From Phoronis australis (taxonomy: Eukaryota > Animalia > Phoronida): 64,000 nucleotides of DNA. Below the pieces are notes generated by a model. It was not told the DNA's origin and searched no databases. It worked only from the letters and a program-made list of their open reading frames with translations. Shown here piece by piece: positions 23,762 to 36,855 of this stretch. The stretch lies in contig NMRA01000403.1 in the NCBI GenBank assembly GCA_002633005.1, forward strand, positions 26,860 to 90,859. Direction: 5' to 3'. The stretch's first letter is position 1. Each line of letters opens with the position of its first letter. The position numbers and the translations under genes were made by a program.

Positions 23762-26700
23762 GATGTTGTGAATTTGTTGGCTTCGGGATCTGAAAAACAT
23801 TTTGATAGCATTAAACTCGATATGCATAGTTTTCCTGCTTTGAATTACATGTTGAGTCATAATAAAACGCCAAGTATGTAGGTATTACTGCGACATTTGT
23901 CATACTTCTTTTCACTTTCGATTTATACAATTTAGATCGCAGCGACAAATCAAGTAAATTAGATAAATAAAAAAATTGCGTTGTTGCTCTGCGAAATACA
24001 GTTTTTACTCAAAAACTTTAGAGCGTGTCAAGTTCACAACTACATGTATATAGTGATGGACCAAACACCACTGTAAACGTTATCATGCTGTGCAATATTT
24101 CAGAACAGTATTGTATATAGATTATCATTTACATATATAAAGATTATTGAATGGCGAAGTCGTTATACCCCGTTATCTAGAGCCCGAGTGGATTTTGGAC
24201 AATTATCGCCCGAGGGGCATTTGAAGTTTTGTCTTTTTACAAATCTGTCCTCAATTGGATCACCTGGTCATGTCTTTTAGTAAAATTTAACAAAAAATGA
24301 AAGCTACATCGATAGCAAAACATTCCATTTGGATTACCCTAATTACACCCCTATAGGCATACTGTTTACATTTCTCTTGTTTCTGTAGTTGATGCTCTTA
24401 AGCCAATCATAGTGATCGTCCAACGCGTCATATAGTGGTGAGGTTGCGACCCCGATAGACTTCGCGTTTACCTGTATCTGACTTCCGGCACATGTTTTCC
24501 TGTGTGATGGCGTATGCTATACTCCCTTGTTTACTTATGCTGTGCACTACAATAGAGCTATGTTTTGAAAGATCGGGAACATTGAAATAAGCTCCTAAAG
24601 TTGTCGAGCACGTCAACGGTCAGCCACGCCCCCAAGCCTAAAAATGGCGATGCTCAAATTGCTAAACAGATCAGCGCTATCTTGAGGCATGCGGCCCAGG
24701 CTGCTCAATGGCAGACGATAGTAGCGAAACCGTTGGCGCTGGGGAGATAATTCTCTTCGCCTGTTGGTGTGGAAAAGTCTATAGATGACAGATTTTATAA
24801 AAAAATGGGCCGTGCCAGTCCTTCATCAATTTTTTAAGTTCGACAAGGGTAGCGCATATGATAAGAGTTCAGGGTAAACCAATGTTTGCAAGACGCAAAA
24901 TAACAAAACCTTCGACTTCGTTATGGACAAGCTCTGAGTCAGGCGAATGCCAAGCAACCAACCTGAAAACAAGTGATGGTACGCTTAAAACCAAAAAATT
25001 CAGGAAGAAATAGCTTTTGCCAATGTGCCGGAGATTTTTCTGGTGAATAATTCCAAAAATACGGAAGACTGGGAACATCAATAGCTTCAAATAAAGCCAA
25101 TCTATTATCCATTCAATGCCATTTAATTTGATATAAACATGTATGCAGCCAGCATTTTGTACATGTTCATTTATCAAACCTACACATTAGCATGATACAT
25201 GCACTTTTATGACAAAAAATTAAAGGTGCTTATTTCACAAAACATCATATTGCTCTCAAGAATTTTGTTCTGTTTTACAAAAAAAAATATTTCAAGATTA
25301 TATGGGTCATGTGGCTTCATTGTCGATCCTTTTTTGCGGGGAGATAAACTGAATTCGATAAAACACACAATAAAGGGCTTCGAGCAACACTCGCTTAGGT
25401 TTTAAGACACTCCACCCAAGGGTCCACCATTTCGTAATGCCAACAAGTTATATTTTATTTTTAACTTTTTTGGTTTTGAAGCGCCCGCATTAGTATAACA
25501 ACTACCAGCGTATAAGTATGATGTGTACGACTATTGTTCTTGTTCCTTGATTTGGTGATATTAAGTGGACTTTGCCATCAGTTATTTCTTCATTAGGCCT
25601 AAATTATCTTCGTTTATTCTCCTGTGACAGGCTTTTGTGCACCATTCGAAGCATTTTATGTGCAAGCTGTCAAAAGAACTATGTAATGTGAACACGAGAA
25701 GTTTTGAAGCGAAATGAGCTCATTCTACCACTAATAGAAAAAATTCGATTAGAGTATTTAACAATCTCCTGTACGGAACGTTATTGTATGTTATTGTTGA
25801 GTTTTCTGATACCGTAAACTATAGCTCGGATAATTTGTCACTTTCGGAACCGAGGAGAAAACGACGAGTTGTAAGTTTGACGGTTTATCCGTAACAACTT
25901 TGAAGACGTGCTGAACAGGATTGCTAGTTACATTTCTTATACGGGCCTGAATTAGCTTGGTGATAGGCGCAATTTCACATAACCAAATCGCCCAACACGT
26001 TGGGTTAATTTATGTAACAGTAAGGTATCTATTTTGAAGTTACTTTCTAAAGTTAAAACTCATTTTGATGCGCGACCCTGGAACTCACACAATACTCGGA
26101 AACGTTTCACATGCGGCATGTATTTTTAAGGAGTGGGGATAATGAACGACAAAATCATCCATTGCAATGTGATCGTCTGAATATCGACTCAAGGTCTAGG
26201 CCAGCTAGAATTTGTGATCTTGGCCTTGCTTTATGCCACGAGTCATTAATTAATCAGCAAGACAACTTCAGATATGTAAATTGATAAAATCACCACACAA
26301 ATGTAAATTTGCTGTCATTTTCATACCGCAAAAGAAATAGGTGTTGCAGATTTGATTTCCTCACACTGAAAGCTATCAACGTACTGTTGGACACTTTGTG
26401 AGAACTGAATAAACTGTCACCAGTTTTGAAAAATTAAGTACGCAGTCTCCAGCTTATCCCTACCCCTCGCCGCTGAGAAATTTGCCACACTACATCCAAG
26501 TACGTGACCCTCCCTTGATCGACATTTCAATGAAAGTAGAATGTAAACCCATTATAGGTTCTGGGCTAAGAGATGGGGGTTAACTGAAAAGACGGAATAG
26601 ATGAATGGAATTGGGAACGGTGAGCTACATGTATTCAAATATTGTTGACAAACAGCGACTTCAAATCTAAAATGATGGTTTATACTATGTCGGATAACCT

Positions 26701-27989
26701 TAAATGCAGGTATGTCGTGCTTTCGCCGCAATCATGAGCTCATGATGAATACCTTTTCAAACGTTAAGATGTGCAATGGACGATATACATGTACGAATAG
26801 AAGATATTTGAGAGCAGTACGTGTATTTTGTGAGTCGAGGAAACGGCAGTTTGATTGAATGTATAGATACAAAAATGTAGTTGATGAGAACGGAACACAG
26901 TTTCTTACAGCTGCGCAGCGGTTGGTTAGAAAAGAACTGCAGCTCATGAGAAAAGAAGTGTTTGTAACTGTTTATTTCATCTAACAGACGGAACATTAAG
27001 TAATACATTTGGGTCATGAGGGGTGAATATAGTCTACCGTGTTTTAGAAATTTATTATCAATAACAATTGGAAATCAATCCTAAAAAGAGTAAATAAACC
27101 CACTTTGACGAGAAGTTGAAGAACGCAAAAATATCATTCGCTGAAGTATATCATCAGATGTGTGTTTTTCGTGTTCAAACCTTATTCAAGTGTCTGTGAA
27201 TCTCAAAAATCCAGAAATAAAACCGCATTCAGTTGTGGAAGGCAAACAGGACGTCTGATCATAAGGCAGATTGTTTGCTTAACCACGCGTTCACAAAGGC
27301 GTCCTATTTGCCGTAAAACGAGTGATGGGGGACATGCCCATTTTTTCGCAGCTACAGTCGCTGGCAGACTGGGTTGTTCAGCAACAGTATTATGTTTCCA
27401 TTCTTGTTTATAGTACTCATAATGCCTTTGTTCAGCCAAAGTCCCACCACATGAGGAACTGCGAAGGAACGTATTACTAACTGTTGGTTTCCGGTCGCCA
27501 TCTTCCCATCTTTTTTACATGGCTGGGTTTCTTTATCACTGGTTTATCGTACACTGTGGATTGGTATGTAAGTGGTATTAGTTGAAAACCTTATTGTTTA
27601 GTTAAAAAGACTGTCTGAAGCTGTTACCCGTATTGTACGCGGCAGGTTATGTTTAATGCTGAGTGCCCGATGAAATGCAGTGGTTTATTTCCTTGTGCCC
27701 GTCAGGGCCTCATATTAGCTGCTGGTATACAGATTTGCATTTTTCGCCAAATTTGGTCTTGCACAAAGAGGTGTCTAATTAGGATTTCCGTTGTCCAACG
27801 ATGTGCTCTTACTGATACATGTTTAATACATCAAAATAATGGGTGCAGCAGTGCGTAGAAACACACCGTAATCTAAGACCTCGTGTGCCGCAATGCATGA
27901 TGCGTTTTCTTTTCCATTGGCAGGAGGAGGATCCAGTGGCCGCACTTAACTTGAATTAACAGATGAATAAGGAAACTTCATTAGAATTT

Positions 27990-28505
27990 ATATCAGCAAC
28001 AAATTAAGAAATGCGTGAACTTCTTTTTCATATTTTTATTTTGCTCCAGCATGATAGTTACATATCTCATAAAACAATACAGTACACACAGTTTACAAAG
28101 AATAACATTAAATCATTAGTCAACAAGTACCGTACTTCCTTCAGGATGTAATTTAATGAAGTTAATGAACAATTGGAAATTAAGGTTTTTTAACGAACTT
28201 TTGGCAAAATATGCAATTTCTGCTAACATGATCAACAGATTACTATTACAATTTTCCGTCTGAATGTTTCCCAAAAAACCAAAAAACACTGCTATCCTGT
28301 CCACATGAAAATTTAAATGATATGTTTGTTTTAACCACTCAGCAAACAGGAGCCAGAAACAGGAGACAAGACGACATTCCCAAAAGAGATGGAGAAAAGT
28401 TTCACTGTGTTCAGCACAGAAAGAGCATAGATCACTTGTTTTTTTAATTTTATGTAAATATTAGTTGGTAAGATTCTGTGAATTAAGCGGTATTGAAACC
28501 AAAGC
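27990..28505 (-). mobile_element. L1/Tx1-like LINE 3' fragment (zf-RVT region); second copy at ~57200-57850 (+)
   Basis: WFQYRLIHRILPTN...HLFWECRLVS motif; clear nucleotide similarity to 57400-57850. Confidence 0.75.
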
Positions 28506-30900
28506 CCTTCTGTGGGAAGAAATGGTGATATACGCCGGAGAAGACCAAGGCCCTGTCTAATTTTGAACACAGTCCCATTTATATGGCTAGACCAGCTGAG
28601 GGTCTTGTCTACAGTAACACCTAACAACTTTTCACTGTCAACATATTTGAGGCGTACATTGGAAATAGCAAGGTTAAGCTCAAGATTACTTTTACTATGC
28701 CGTTGCTCTGTGGCAATACTCGTACATTTTGTTTTTTCAGCATTAATTACCATTTTATTATCAGTACACCAGGTAGCAACCTTATCCAGATCAGACTGGA
28801 GTCTGTCCGTTACAGCGATCAGCGAGTTTGCCACAACAGACAAAGTAGTATCATCTGCATACATGTCAACCGAGAGATCATTTATAAAAAGTAAAAACAG
28901 CAGAGGTCTCAGGATGGATCCCTGGGGAACACCGTGTGTGATACCTCGGGACTCAGACATATGTCCACCAAGGGATACAACCTGGCACCTCTCTGAGAGA
29001 TATGGTTTAAACCAGTCTAGAGAGACCTTGCCCACCTTGTAAATTAACAATTTGCTTAGAAGTATATTGTGATCAACGATATTAAAAGCTTTTTAAAAAT
29101 CCAAAAATACTACACCAACGTTGTGACCACTATCTACACCCTGAGCCCAGCCGTTAACAATATTAATGAGGGAAGTTTCACAGGAGTGGTCACTTCTGAA
29201 ACCGGACTGAGATGCAACTACTAAATCATGCTCAGTCAAAAATGAATAAAAGGTATTGTGAACATGCTTTTCCAACAATTTAGACAAGACCGGTAAAATT
29301 AAAATTGGTCTGTAATTGTTTACATTGTCAGTAGCACCGCCTTTGTGTAAAGGGGATACTTTTGCAAGTTTCAACAAACTAGGAAACTTGGAAGTTTTAA
29401 TGCTATCGTTTAAAAGATAGGTGATGGATGGTGTCAGCTCCTCATGAGCTAGTTTCAGTAGTTTGGAGGTGACATCATCCACTCCAGTGGCTTTATTAAG
29501 ATTAGGACCATTTAAGAACTTATTTACAAATTTCATATTTAACAGAGGAATATCATAACCAATGTCACTTTCAACTCTGGAACAAAGTCAATCAAATCTT
29601 TATGAGAAGCGTGTGTATCTTTAAGATCACGAGTAAGTTTGCTAGCTATGTCAGTAAAAAATTTGTTAGAATTATTGGCAATCTGAAATTCATCATGAAC
29701 ACACTTCTCATCAATCCTTAACATGGCAGGTGAAGAGAATTTTTCTTTAGGAGCAACTTGTCTGATGACTTTCCATAACACTTTGGAATTTTTGAGATTA
29801 CTACTGATCAGTGAAGAGTAATAGTCACTCGTAGGCTTTTTAATCATTGTTACAACAGGATTTTGCTCTGATTTGTACCCTCATAATTTCCGCACTTATG
29901 TAAACTGTCTCTGAGCTTTATAGCTTCACAAATGTCATCACTGAACCATTCAGGCTGACGTAATCTCTTCACACGTCTAGTTTTCCATGCGGCATGTTCG
30001 TCTAAAATACTGTTAAATAACTTGTACCATGCATCAAGAGCATCATCAATGTCATCATAGGCTTCCATGACTGACCGCGGAGCAAGAGCAAGATCCGATT
30101 TGAAGGCCTGGTCATCAAAGTTTTTAAATGATCTATAGGTCACACACTCATGATGAAATTTGGTGCCAAAATGCATTTTCCTGACTATGCATACAGGGTA
30201 GTGATCACTTAACCCATTTTTACCACTTTTACTGATCTCACAAACTCTGGAGCAGAAACATAAACATGATCAATCAGTGAGGCAGAGTCTGACACACGTG
30301 TAAGCTCCGTTACCACCTGATCGAGATTCAAACCTTGAACCACATCTTTGAGGGGTTTAGAAATTTCATCGTTCCAATCAACATTAAGATCACCAGCGAT
30401 AACCACCTCATAGCCACACCTGCTAACCACAGACTAAAAGCTTTCAAGCCAATTTGTCTGAGCAGGGGGTCTGTAGAAATTGAGAACAATTAAAGGACTG
30501 ACATCCTTAAAATTCAGTTGAACACACTGAAGTTCCAAATCGTTTAACTCTAAGTCGTGTATTCTAATGTAGGCAAGGCTGCTTCTGACATACGTGCATA
30601 CGCCACCATAACGAGTACCGTTTTGTCTGTCTAGGCGTTCCACATTGTAACCACAGATTCCAATTTCTTCGTTTGCAATGTCGCAAGATAGCCAAGTCTC
30701 TTGGAGACAGATAACATACTGGGACTAATTGTTTATATTAACAGCAACTTCCGGTAATTTATTATGAAGACTTCTAACATTCCACGAGCATAGTTTCAGA
30801 CCACTGGGTAGTCGAAGATTCAAGTTTGGGCCAGACATGATGTACACGCTGGTCACGACTAATAGAAGAAAAGATAGTGTATCTTCAGAAGCCATTAAGC
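28506..30900 (-). mobile_element. CR1/L2-group LINE ORF2 (APE endonuclease + reverse transcriptase), degraded
   Basis: CSWNVRSL, LQETWL, GGVCTYV, YRPP, AGDLNVD, SLIDHVYV, NYRPILILPVLSKLLEK, QSGFRSDHSCET, VFLDF, GVPQGSIL, YADDTT; stops and frameshifts throughout. Confidence 0.92.
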
Positions 30901-31399
30901 CATAAAACGGTCCCACAAGCACAGGCAGACGCCATATTAGATAAAAACGAGTGGGTGTTGACCGCAACTAAAATTGGACTAACAAGCCAGAAATCCATAA
31001 GAACAGATGAGATACCTTTTGAAGTCGTGAGAAATATTGCCGGCTGCCTAAAAAGATGAGTATACCTGTTTTCTAGAAATAAAAAGTAGTGGGATGTTCC
31101 CGAACAACTAAACATTGCATCTGTACAGTACAAACGCAGTAACTGTGAGCGAAGACCGTTTTTCGTGGTTACAATATGTGGAAATTGACAAGAGTTCAAA
31201 TATCTTTTGACTAAAAATGCGGCTACAACCCCGCATTCCGGCTGTCAAAGAGACCACCTACCGCTATAAAAGTGGTCCCAACTAGTTCATTACTCAGTGG
31301 TTTCTGGGAACAACTTACAGTTCGTCATTGGTGGGTGCCAAATACTGCAGGCGAACACGCCTTGAGAACCCAGGTTGGGGTGGAAACGATTCCATGGCC

Positions 31400-31870
31400 T
31401 AGCATCTAAGTTTATTTGCGGGCCCTTAAACTCTGGTCCCCGGTACGGGAGTTTGTTCCATAGGTATGAAGCATTTTGCGCGAATGTAGTGTAGGGGTGC
31501 GCGCGGCATAACTGGTAACCTTAGCAAGTCGTCCAAGACATTCTTGGGCAGCGGGGAGCAGTCTGTTGCAGTTGCTGGAGGTGAGGAATCCTTTAGAATT
31601 CCTGTAGAGTAATGGGCTCAGCAATGGCCAGTTCTTTGACCCTGTCTACTGTTATTGTACATTCACGATTTTCTCCCTGACATCTCCAGTAAGACAAGTT
31701 TATTTGAGGATCATCCTATATGTTACAATGTTTTCAAAATGTACAGGACACTAGTCTTCCATTCAATCTTGACAGACTTGACAAGTAGGGGAACGACTGG
31801 GTCATGTCGTTTCACCTCGACAAATATCTAATTATGCATATAAGCAAGAAGAATAACGGTTATTCTAACA
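31400..31870 (+). mobile_element. Highly decayed LINE RT fragment (CR1-like)
   Basis: PCLLLLYIHDFLPDISSKTSLFEDH...WVMSFHLDKYLIMHISKK matches a degenerate LFLLYINDLP..LFADD..WxMxFxxxKCxVMHI. Confidence 0.6.
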
Positions 31871-33050
31871 ACATGTACACTCCATGGCCACTCTCTCAAG
31901 ATCAGAACAGAGGAGAAAAATCTTTTGTAACTCGCACATCTGCTACACACAGAACAACGAGATTACATGACTGTATTTGCTTCTGTTCTCTGACTTTTTA
32001 TCCCCCACTAAAAGAGCATGCGCTTTCCTGCAGTCAACTTCTTGAACGTTGTTGTCAGGGTTCATGGCTTTACAGCGTTCGATTGGTCAGATCCTGAATA
32101 GCTACATCTGACGTCCGGGTGGCATTAAAGTGACATTTCGCGGTCAGCTTGGTCAATGTTACCGAATAATAGGAAGGTATCTTACCGCATTTAGCCAACC
32201 GGAGTACAATACCTGCCCTTCAGTATAAAGATATACATGTATAGTAACACAAACTGACAATAGATATTAATTACTTGCTCAAATTAAAAAACAAAAATAT
32301 TTATATACGGGCAATTATTTTTTAAGTTATTCTGAAATCACTTCCTGCATCGTAAAAACTTTTGATTTAGACCACTTGCCATTGTGAAAATTGGTTTCGA
32401 ATTATTCTTTAATCAAATTAGAGTTACGTACACCTGTAGGAACTTATAAGTTAACAATTAACAAGCCTGTAGCTAACCAAATTTCCAGAAAACTCAGAAA
32501 AATGTACACTTTCTCAACGCAAAAGTCGACAGAATTTGACTATTAACTTTATCCCAGTCTGCCATTAACTGGTTCACCTGACCATGTCTTCTTAGTAAAA
32601 TTTAGCACGCAAGAAAGGTACTTTCATAAAAATGCAAGTGTGTAACCAAATTTCATCTGATATACAGGAAATTGTTCTACAGTAGATGAAATCTCAATAC
32701 ATGTTACATTTTTCTAAGCTCTCATTTTGTGTTTCAATAAAAATCATCAAGATTCTATTTTGATAGCCCTCATTCAACTACATTTTAAATGGAGAATAGT
32801 GCATTAAGTATAGTATCTGAAAGCTTAATGTGAGTCCTATCTGTCTGGTAATATCTTCTGAAGTTAGCTAAATTGAGACATTTTTCTAGGGTCTTACAAG
32901 CTTGAAGATGATATTTGAAGAAAGGTTTGAGGCGGAGCACGTTCTCGGTTTATACGTACTGTCAGTGTGTTCCAACCCCAGAACTTTCGTAAATGTAAGA
33001 GGTCATGGTCAAAAGATACTTTTTGACGGTGCTCGGGTTCATAGCCTCGT

Positions 33051-34031
33051 TTAATAGCACCTTACTTTCCCCCTTAAATTTTTAAGCACTATTACGAATT
33101 CATCACGAACTGTCTTGTTAATCACTCCATATAGAATAGGATTCAAAAAATTACACGTGTTGTACAAAGGTAGCGAAATCAATTCAGCTTCCTGCATGAT
33201 CCTAGAATATTCCTTGTTCGTCGAATCTGTGAACATTTTCGCTTGTCGTGAACCTACATAAGGGAATAACGACAAGATGTAACCAAATGTAATGGCAAAT
33301 AACACCAACGACGCCTTTATCTGTGACCTTAGCTGCCTCTGCTTCTCTTTTGCCTCCGCGTCTCTGGGTAATGGCGCTGGACTTCTCGCGAGTTTCCTGG
33401 ATGCCATGTAAATCCTTACGTAGCAAAAACATAAAACAAGCGAAGATGGGAAGAAAATGGCTCCCATTAAACCGATGACCGTCAGAGTTCCAAAATCACG
33501 TCGACCCCAGTCAAGTTGACAAGCAATTAGATAAGAATCAAATTCGTACTTCCCGAGACCAAACAAAGGCGGACTCGTGATTATCACAGGTAGCACCCAA
33601 GATGCAACTATCATACACTTCGTCAGGCGATTAGTTATTTTTAAATGGTAATGCATTGGCTTTACGCATGCGTAGAAACGCTCAATGCTAATGCACAAGA
33701 GTGTCGTCATCGATTGAACTCCTAAACAATTCTGAAGAAATCCGATAACACTACAAAGATTTTCATTGTTCTGAAGCAACTCCAACCCGTATACAGTTAT
33801 CCACAGTGTGATGGGAAAAGATATATCTCCAACAGCCAAACTCGAAACAAGATAATAACCAGGAGCATGTAGCGGATAACGAGAGTAAATTGTATAAAGT
33901 AACATGATATTCGATAGAACTGTTATAAGTGGTATGACTGTGTAGTAGACATGAAACCCCAAACGGTTATCTTCATTGATAAGCGAATCGGTTTTGTTAA
34001 GTGATATATTAATGAACACTGTAGAATCCAT
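33051..34031 (-). CDS. Class A (rhodopsin-like) orphan GPCR, paralog B, single coding exon
   Basis: Same motifs as paralog A (ISIERF, CQLDW, LFPY, NPILY); sequons NIS and NKT; likely start MDSTVF follows an acceptor TTTTTCAG 27 nt upstream. Confidence 0.93.
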   Translation of the reverse strand: MDSTVFINISLNKTDSLINEDNRLGFHVYYTVIPLITVLSNIMLLYTIYSRYPLHAPGYYLVSSLAVGDISFPITLWITVYGLELLQNNENLCSVIGFLQNCLGVQSMTTLLCISIERFYACVKPMHYHLKITNRLTKCMIVASWVLPVIITSPPLFGLGKYEFDSYLIACQLDWGRRDFGTLTVIGLMGAIFFPSSLVLCFCYVRIYMASRKLARSPAPLPRDAEAKEKQRQLRSQIKASLVLFAITFGYILSLFPYVGSRQAKMFTDSTNKEYSRIMQEAELISLPLYNTCNFLNPILYGVINKTVRDEFVIVLKNLRGKVRCY

Positions 34032-35369
34032 AATGTATTCGTTCTCCAGCAAGGTATTCTGAAAAATATTATATGTTACAATTAAAATAACAACATCAGA
34101 AAAGAAGCACCTGACGCAGCAATCAAAACCGATAACCAACTGCAACATTCGGCACCGAGGCCGTGTGAGCGCATGCTACTGAATTCAGTGTTTGCTGACA
34201 GAAAGCTGTTTTGTGAAATAATAACTCGATCTTATATGCTGTGGTCACATGCTTGAAAATTGTTTATTTAGATATAAAATACATTATTCAAATCATTCTT
34301 ACTGTACAACCTTTGCCCTGACGGTCTGTGAAAGCGAAACCCGACTTCGCGGCCCCCGACAAGTACGTAGATTTTCAGTTTCGTGGCTAATTTACCAAAA
34401 TAATTACGTGCACATTATTTCTTTGGCTCACTACTATAGTCTTTTGGTGACTAGAGGTTTAGTTTCCAACTTAAGCTGGTTTATGTTCGTGATGTCCAAT
34501 CCCGCCGGCGGTCGCGACGGGCCACTGGCTGGGATAACAAGTATTTTGTGTGTTTAGAACTGAAAAAAATCCCACGTCTAAAATTACAACACACAGTCAT
34601 GATCTCCTGTCTGTATTTCAAGGAAGAATGAATCGAATTTATCACCAAACAAACCCAAACTCCCGCGATCGACCATGGTGAATTAGCCTACCGAACTCTA
34701 TAGGATACGGTACGTTCAAATACCTATAAATCCGTAACAGTGATATAAAACAACACGTCTGTTCAAGAACTCGACGTATTTGTAAAGGTTTTACATCCAA
34801 TTTTGATGATTTATTGGTGTAACACGATGTATTCAAGCGATAAGTTGACACCAGGAAGCGTGTCGTGAAGAGCTGAACAGACTGCGTTCGGAACCGATTA
34901 CGTCATTGGTTAATTTGTTCAGAAAATAAAATACTAGAGACATTAGTTCAGGTTGGGAGTTGCCGTGAACAAGGGACACTGGAACTCATTTTTACGAATG
35001 TAATGTCAGCAAACAAAGAGACAGTTACATTTTGCCGGGGTGGGTCCAGGATTTTGAGTTAGGGAGACCATAGTGAAGTATTAGCCAGGATTTTGCCTGT
35101 CAGACATTCGCATCCTTGAACTGCCTGTTCCACAATTGTCAATATTTTAAAATGGACAAAAACAACTGGGTTGAAAAGCGGGACATCGGGGGTATATGTC
35201 AAAACACAAGGGCGAAACGCTTGTCGCAGCACACTAAAACGTTCCGACGGCGTTTTGGCGAACGGCAGACGTAACTCTCAAAAGCGCCAGTCGGCGTTTT
35301 TTGTTAAGTTTTAGTCGAATGGGAAATGTCAACTTCGATTTTGCCCTTCTGAGAATGCGCCGCGCATGC

Positions 35370-35470
35370 GTGGCCTTTGTTTGCATTCGTTTTTTCCGGT
35401 GTTGGTTATTGCTATGGAATTTGCTGTCAATAACACTTTTCACAACTCCGCTGTTTTTCAACCAAATTGC
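35370..35470. repeat. Dispersed repeat; inverted copy at ~54585-54690
   Basis: GTGGCCTTTGTTTGCATTCGTTT...CAACTCCGCTGTTTTTCA matches the reverse complement of 54590-54690. Confidence 0.7.
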
Positions 35471-35985
35471 GCAAGTCATGTAAGTAAAAAGCACTTCTTA
35501 AGTTTTTGATTGTGTATAATTATTACATAGGCAAAAAGATGAATAATTTAATTCATAAATAACTATAATTTCTCATACCTCACATTTTTAAAAATATTTG
35601 TTAATTCTAAAAAACGAGAGTGTCACGAAAATGCGAAAAATAATAGGGTGTAATAGTAACATAAAGGGAAATGAATCTGGGGTTACAAAAATGACTAATT
35701 ACAACAGCAGGGAAATAAACTCAATGATTCAAAAGATTTGTACCCTATCGAGGCAGACATTTTAAAACATGGAAACGTCACAGCTCCTGTGAAAAATTAA
35801 GCCAGAAATTCGTCCAGCATTATACATCATTTTATATTAATTGGACCTTTGGTGCAGTTTAATACGCTTCTTCGCAAATAATCCAGGATGCAGTGACATT
35901 TACAAAAATGTTATTAACTAGCTACTCCAACTACTTATTGCTGTCAGCAACACAAAGTATTGGATTGGATTTTTTGTAAAGTAAT

Positions 35986-36040
35986 TACACGCACACGCAC
36001 GCACGCACACGCACGCACACGTACGCATACACACACACAG
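35986..36040. repeat. (GCAC)n/(CA)n microsatellite
   Basis: Directly visible. Confidence 0.85.
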
Positions 36041-36815
36041 TCACACTTAGCCACGTATGTATGTTGCTTTTCGAAAGTTACGTAAGCATCTGTCAGTAGG
36101 GCTTAAACTTTTCTGAAAATAGAACTGATTACATGGTCGTCACTAACTGAAGATAGGTCGTACCTAGATCTTCAGCCTCCACCGCACTTCTTCTCAGTCG
36201 ATGTTCCCCAAAATGATGATACCTGTTTCGATGTCCATCCAAAATTGAAATGAGGTTAGAGCGTGAGGAGAACTTTTTCCCAATGAATAGAGTGCATGTC
36301 TTCACTGCGCCTTTTTGGCTGCGAAAGCAAGATTAGTTACAGGTGACAGACATTGCCACCTCCTTTTCACACATTTCAGCTTTTCAGAGACTGAAAAGAC
36401 CGCTGTGTCGTTTGTTCCCATGAATCAAATTCGAATAAGCGCCACTGTTGAATATTCGCAGCACTTGAATTATTTCTTGGCGGTAGACGCTTTTCTTAAA
36501 AAAAAACAACCAGGAACGTAACCAGAGTGCATGTTTATTGGCAAAGGCAAAAAATGTACTACGGCTTATAACAGAATATCTCTTACTCACTATTATAAAA
36601 AATTGCAATGACATACACACTATAACGGAACCAACTAGTACCTAGCCGGGGAGGCATCGGAAAGATGTAACGTAGGGGCAATCAAAACTACGCAAGCAAA
36701 CTCTGAAATCGGTAAAGATGGATGCTCAACAACCAAAAAACATCATATCTGCCTTTCTCGACGTGTGGAACATACTGCTGTGTGCGCGCGTGTATATGTA
36801 TGTACGTATGTATGA

Positions 36816-36820
<5 letters not shown>

Positions 36821-36855
<35 letters not shown>

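Noticed and set aside
28512-29042. 176-aa plus-strand ORF
   Set aside because: Antisense shadow of the LINE RT frame
22790-34031. Calling the GPCRs opsins
   Set aside because: No lysine at the K296-equivalent position in either paralog
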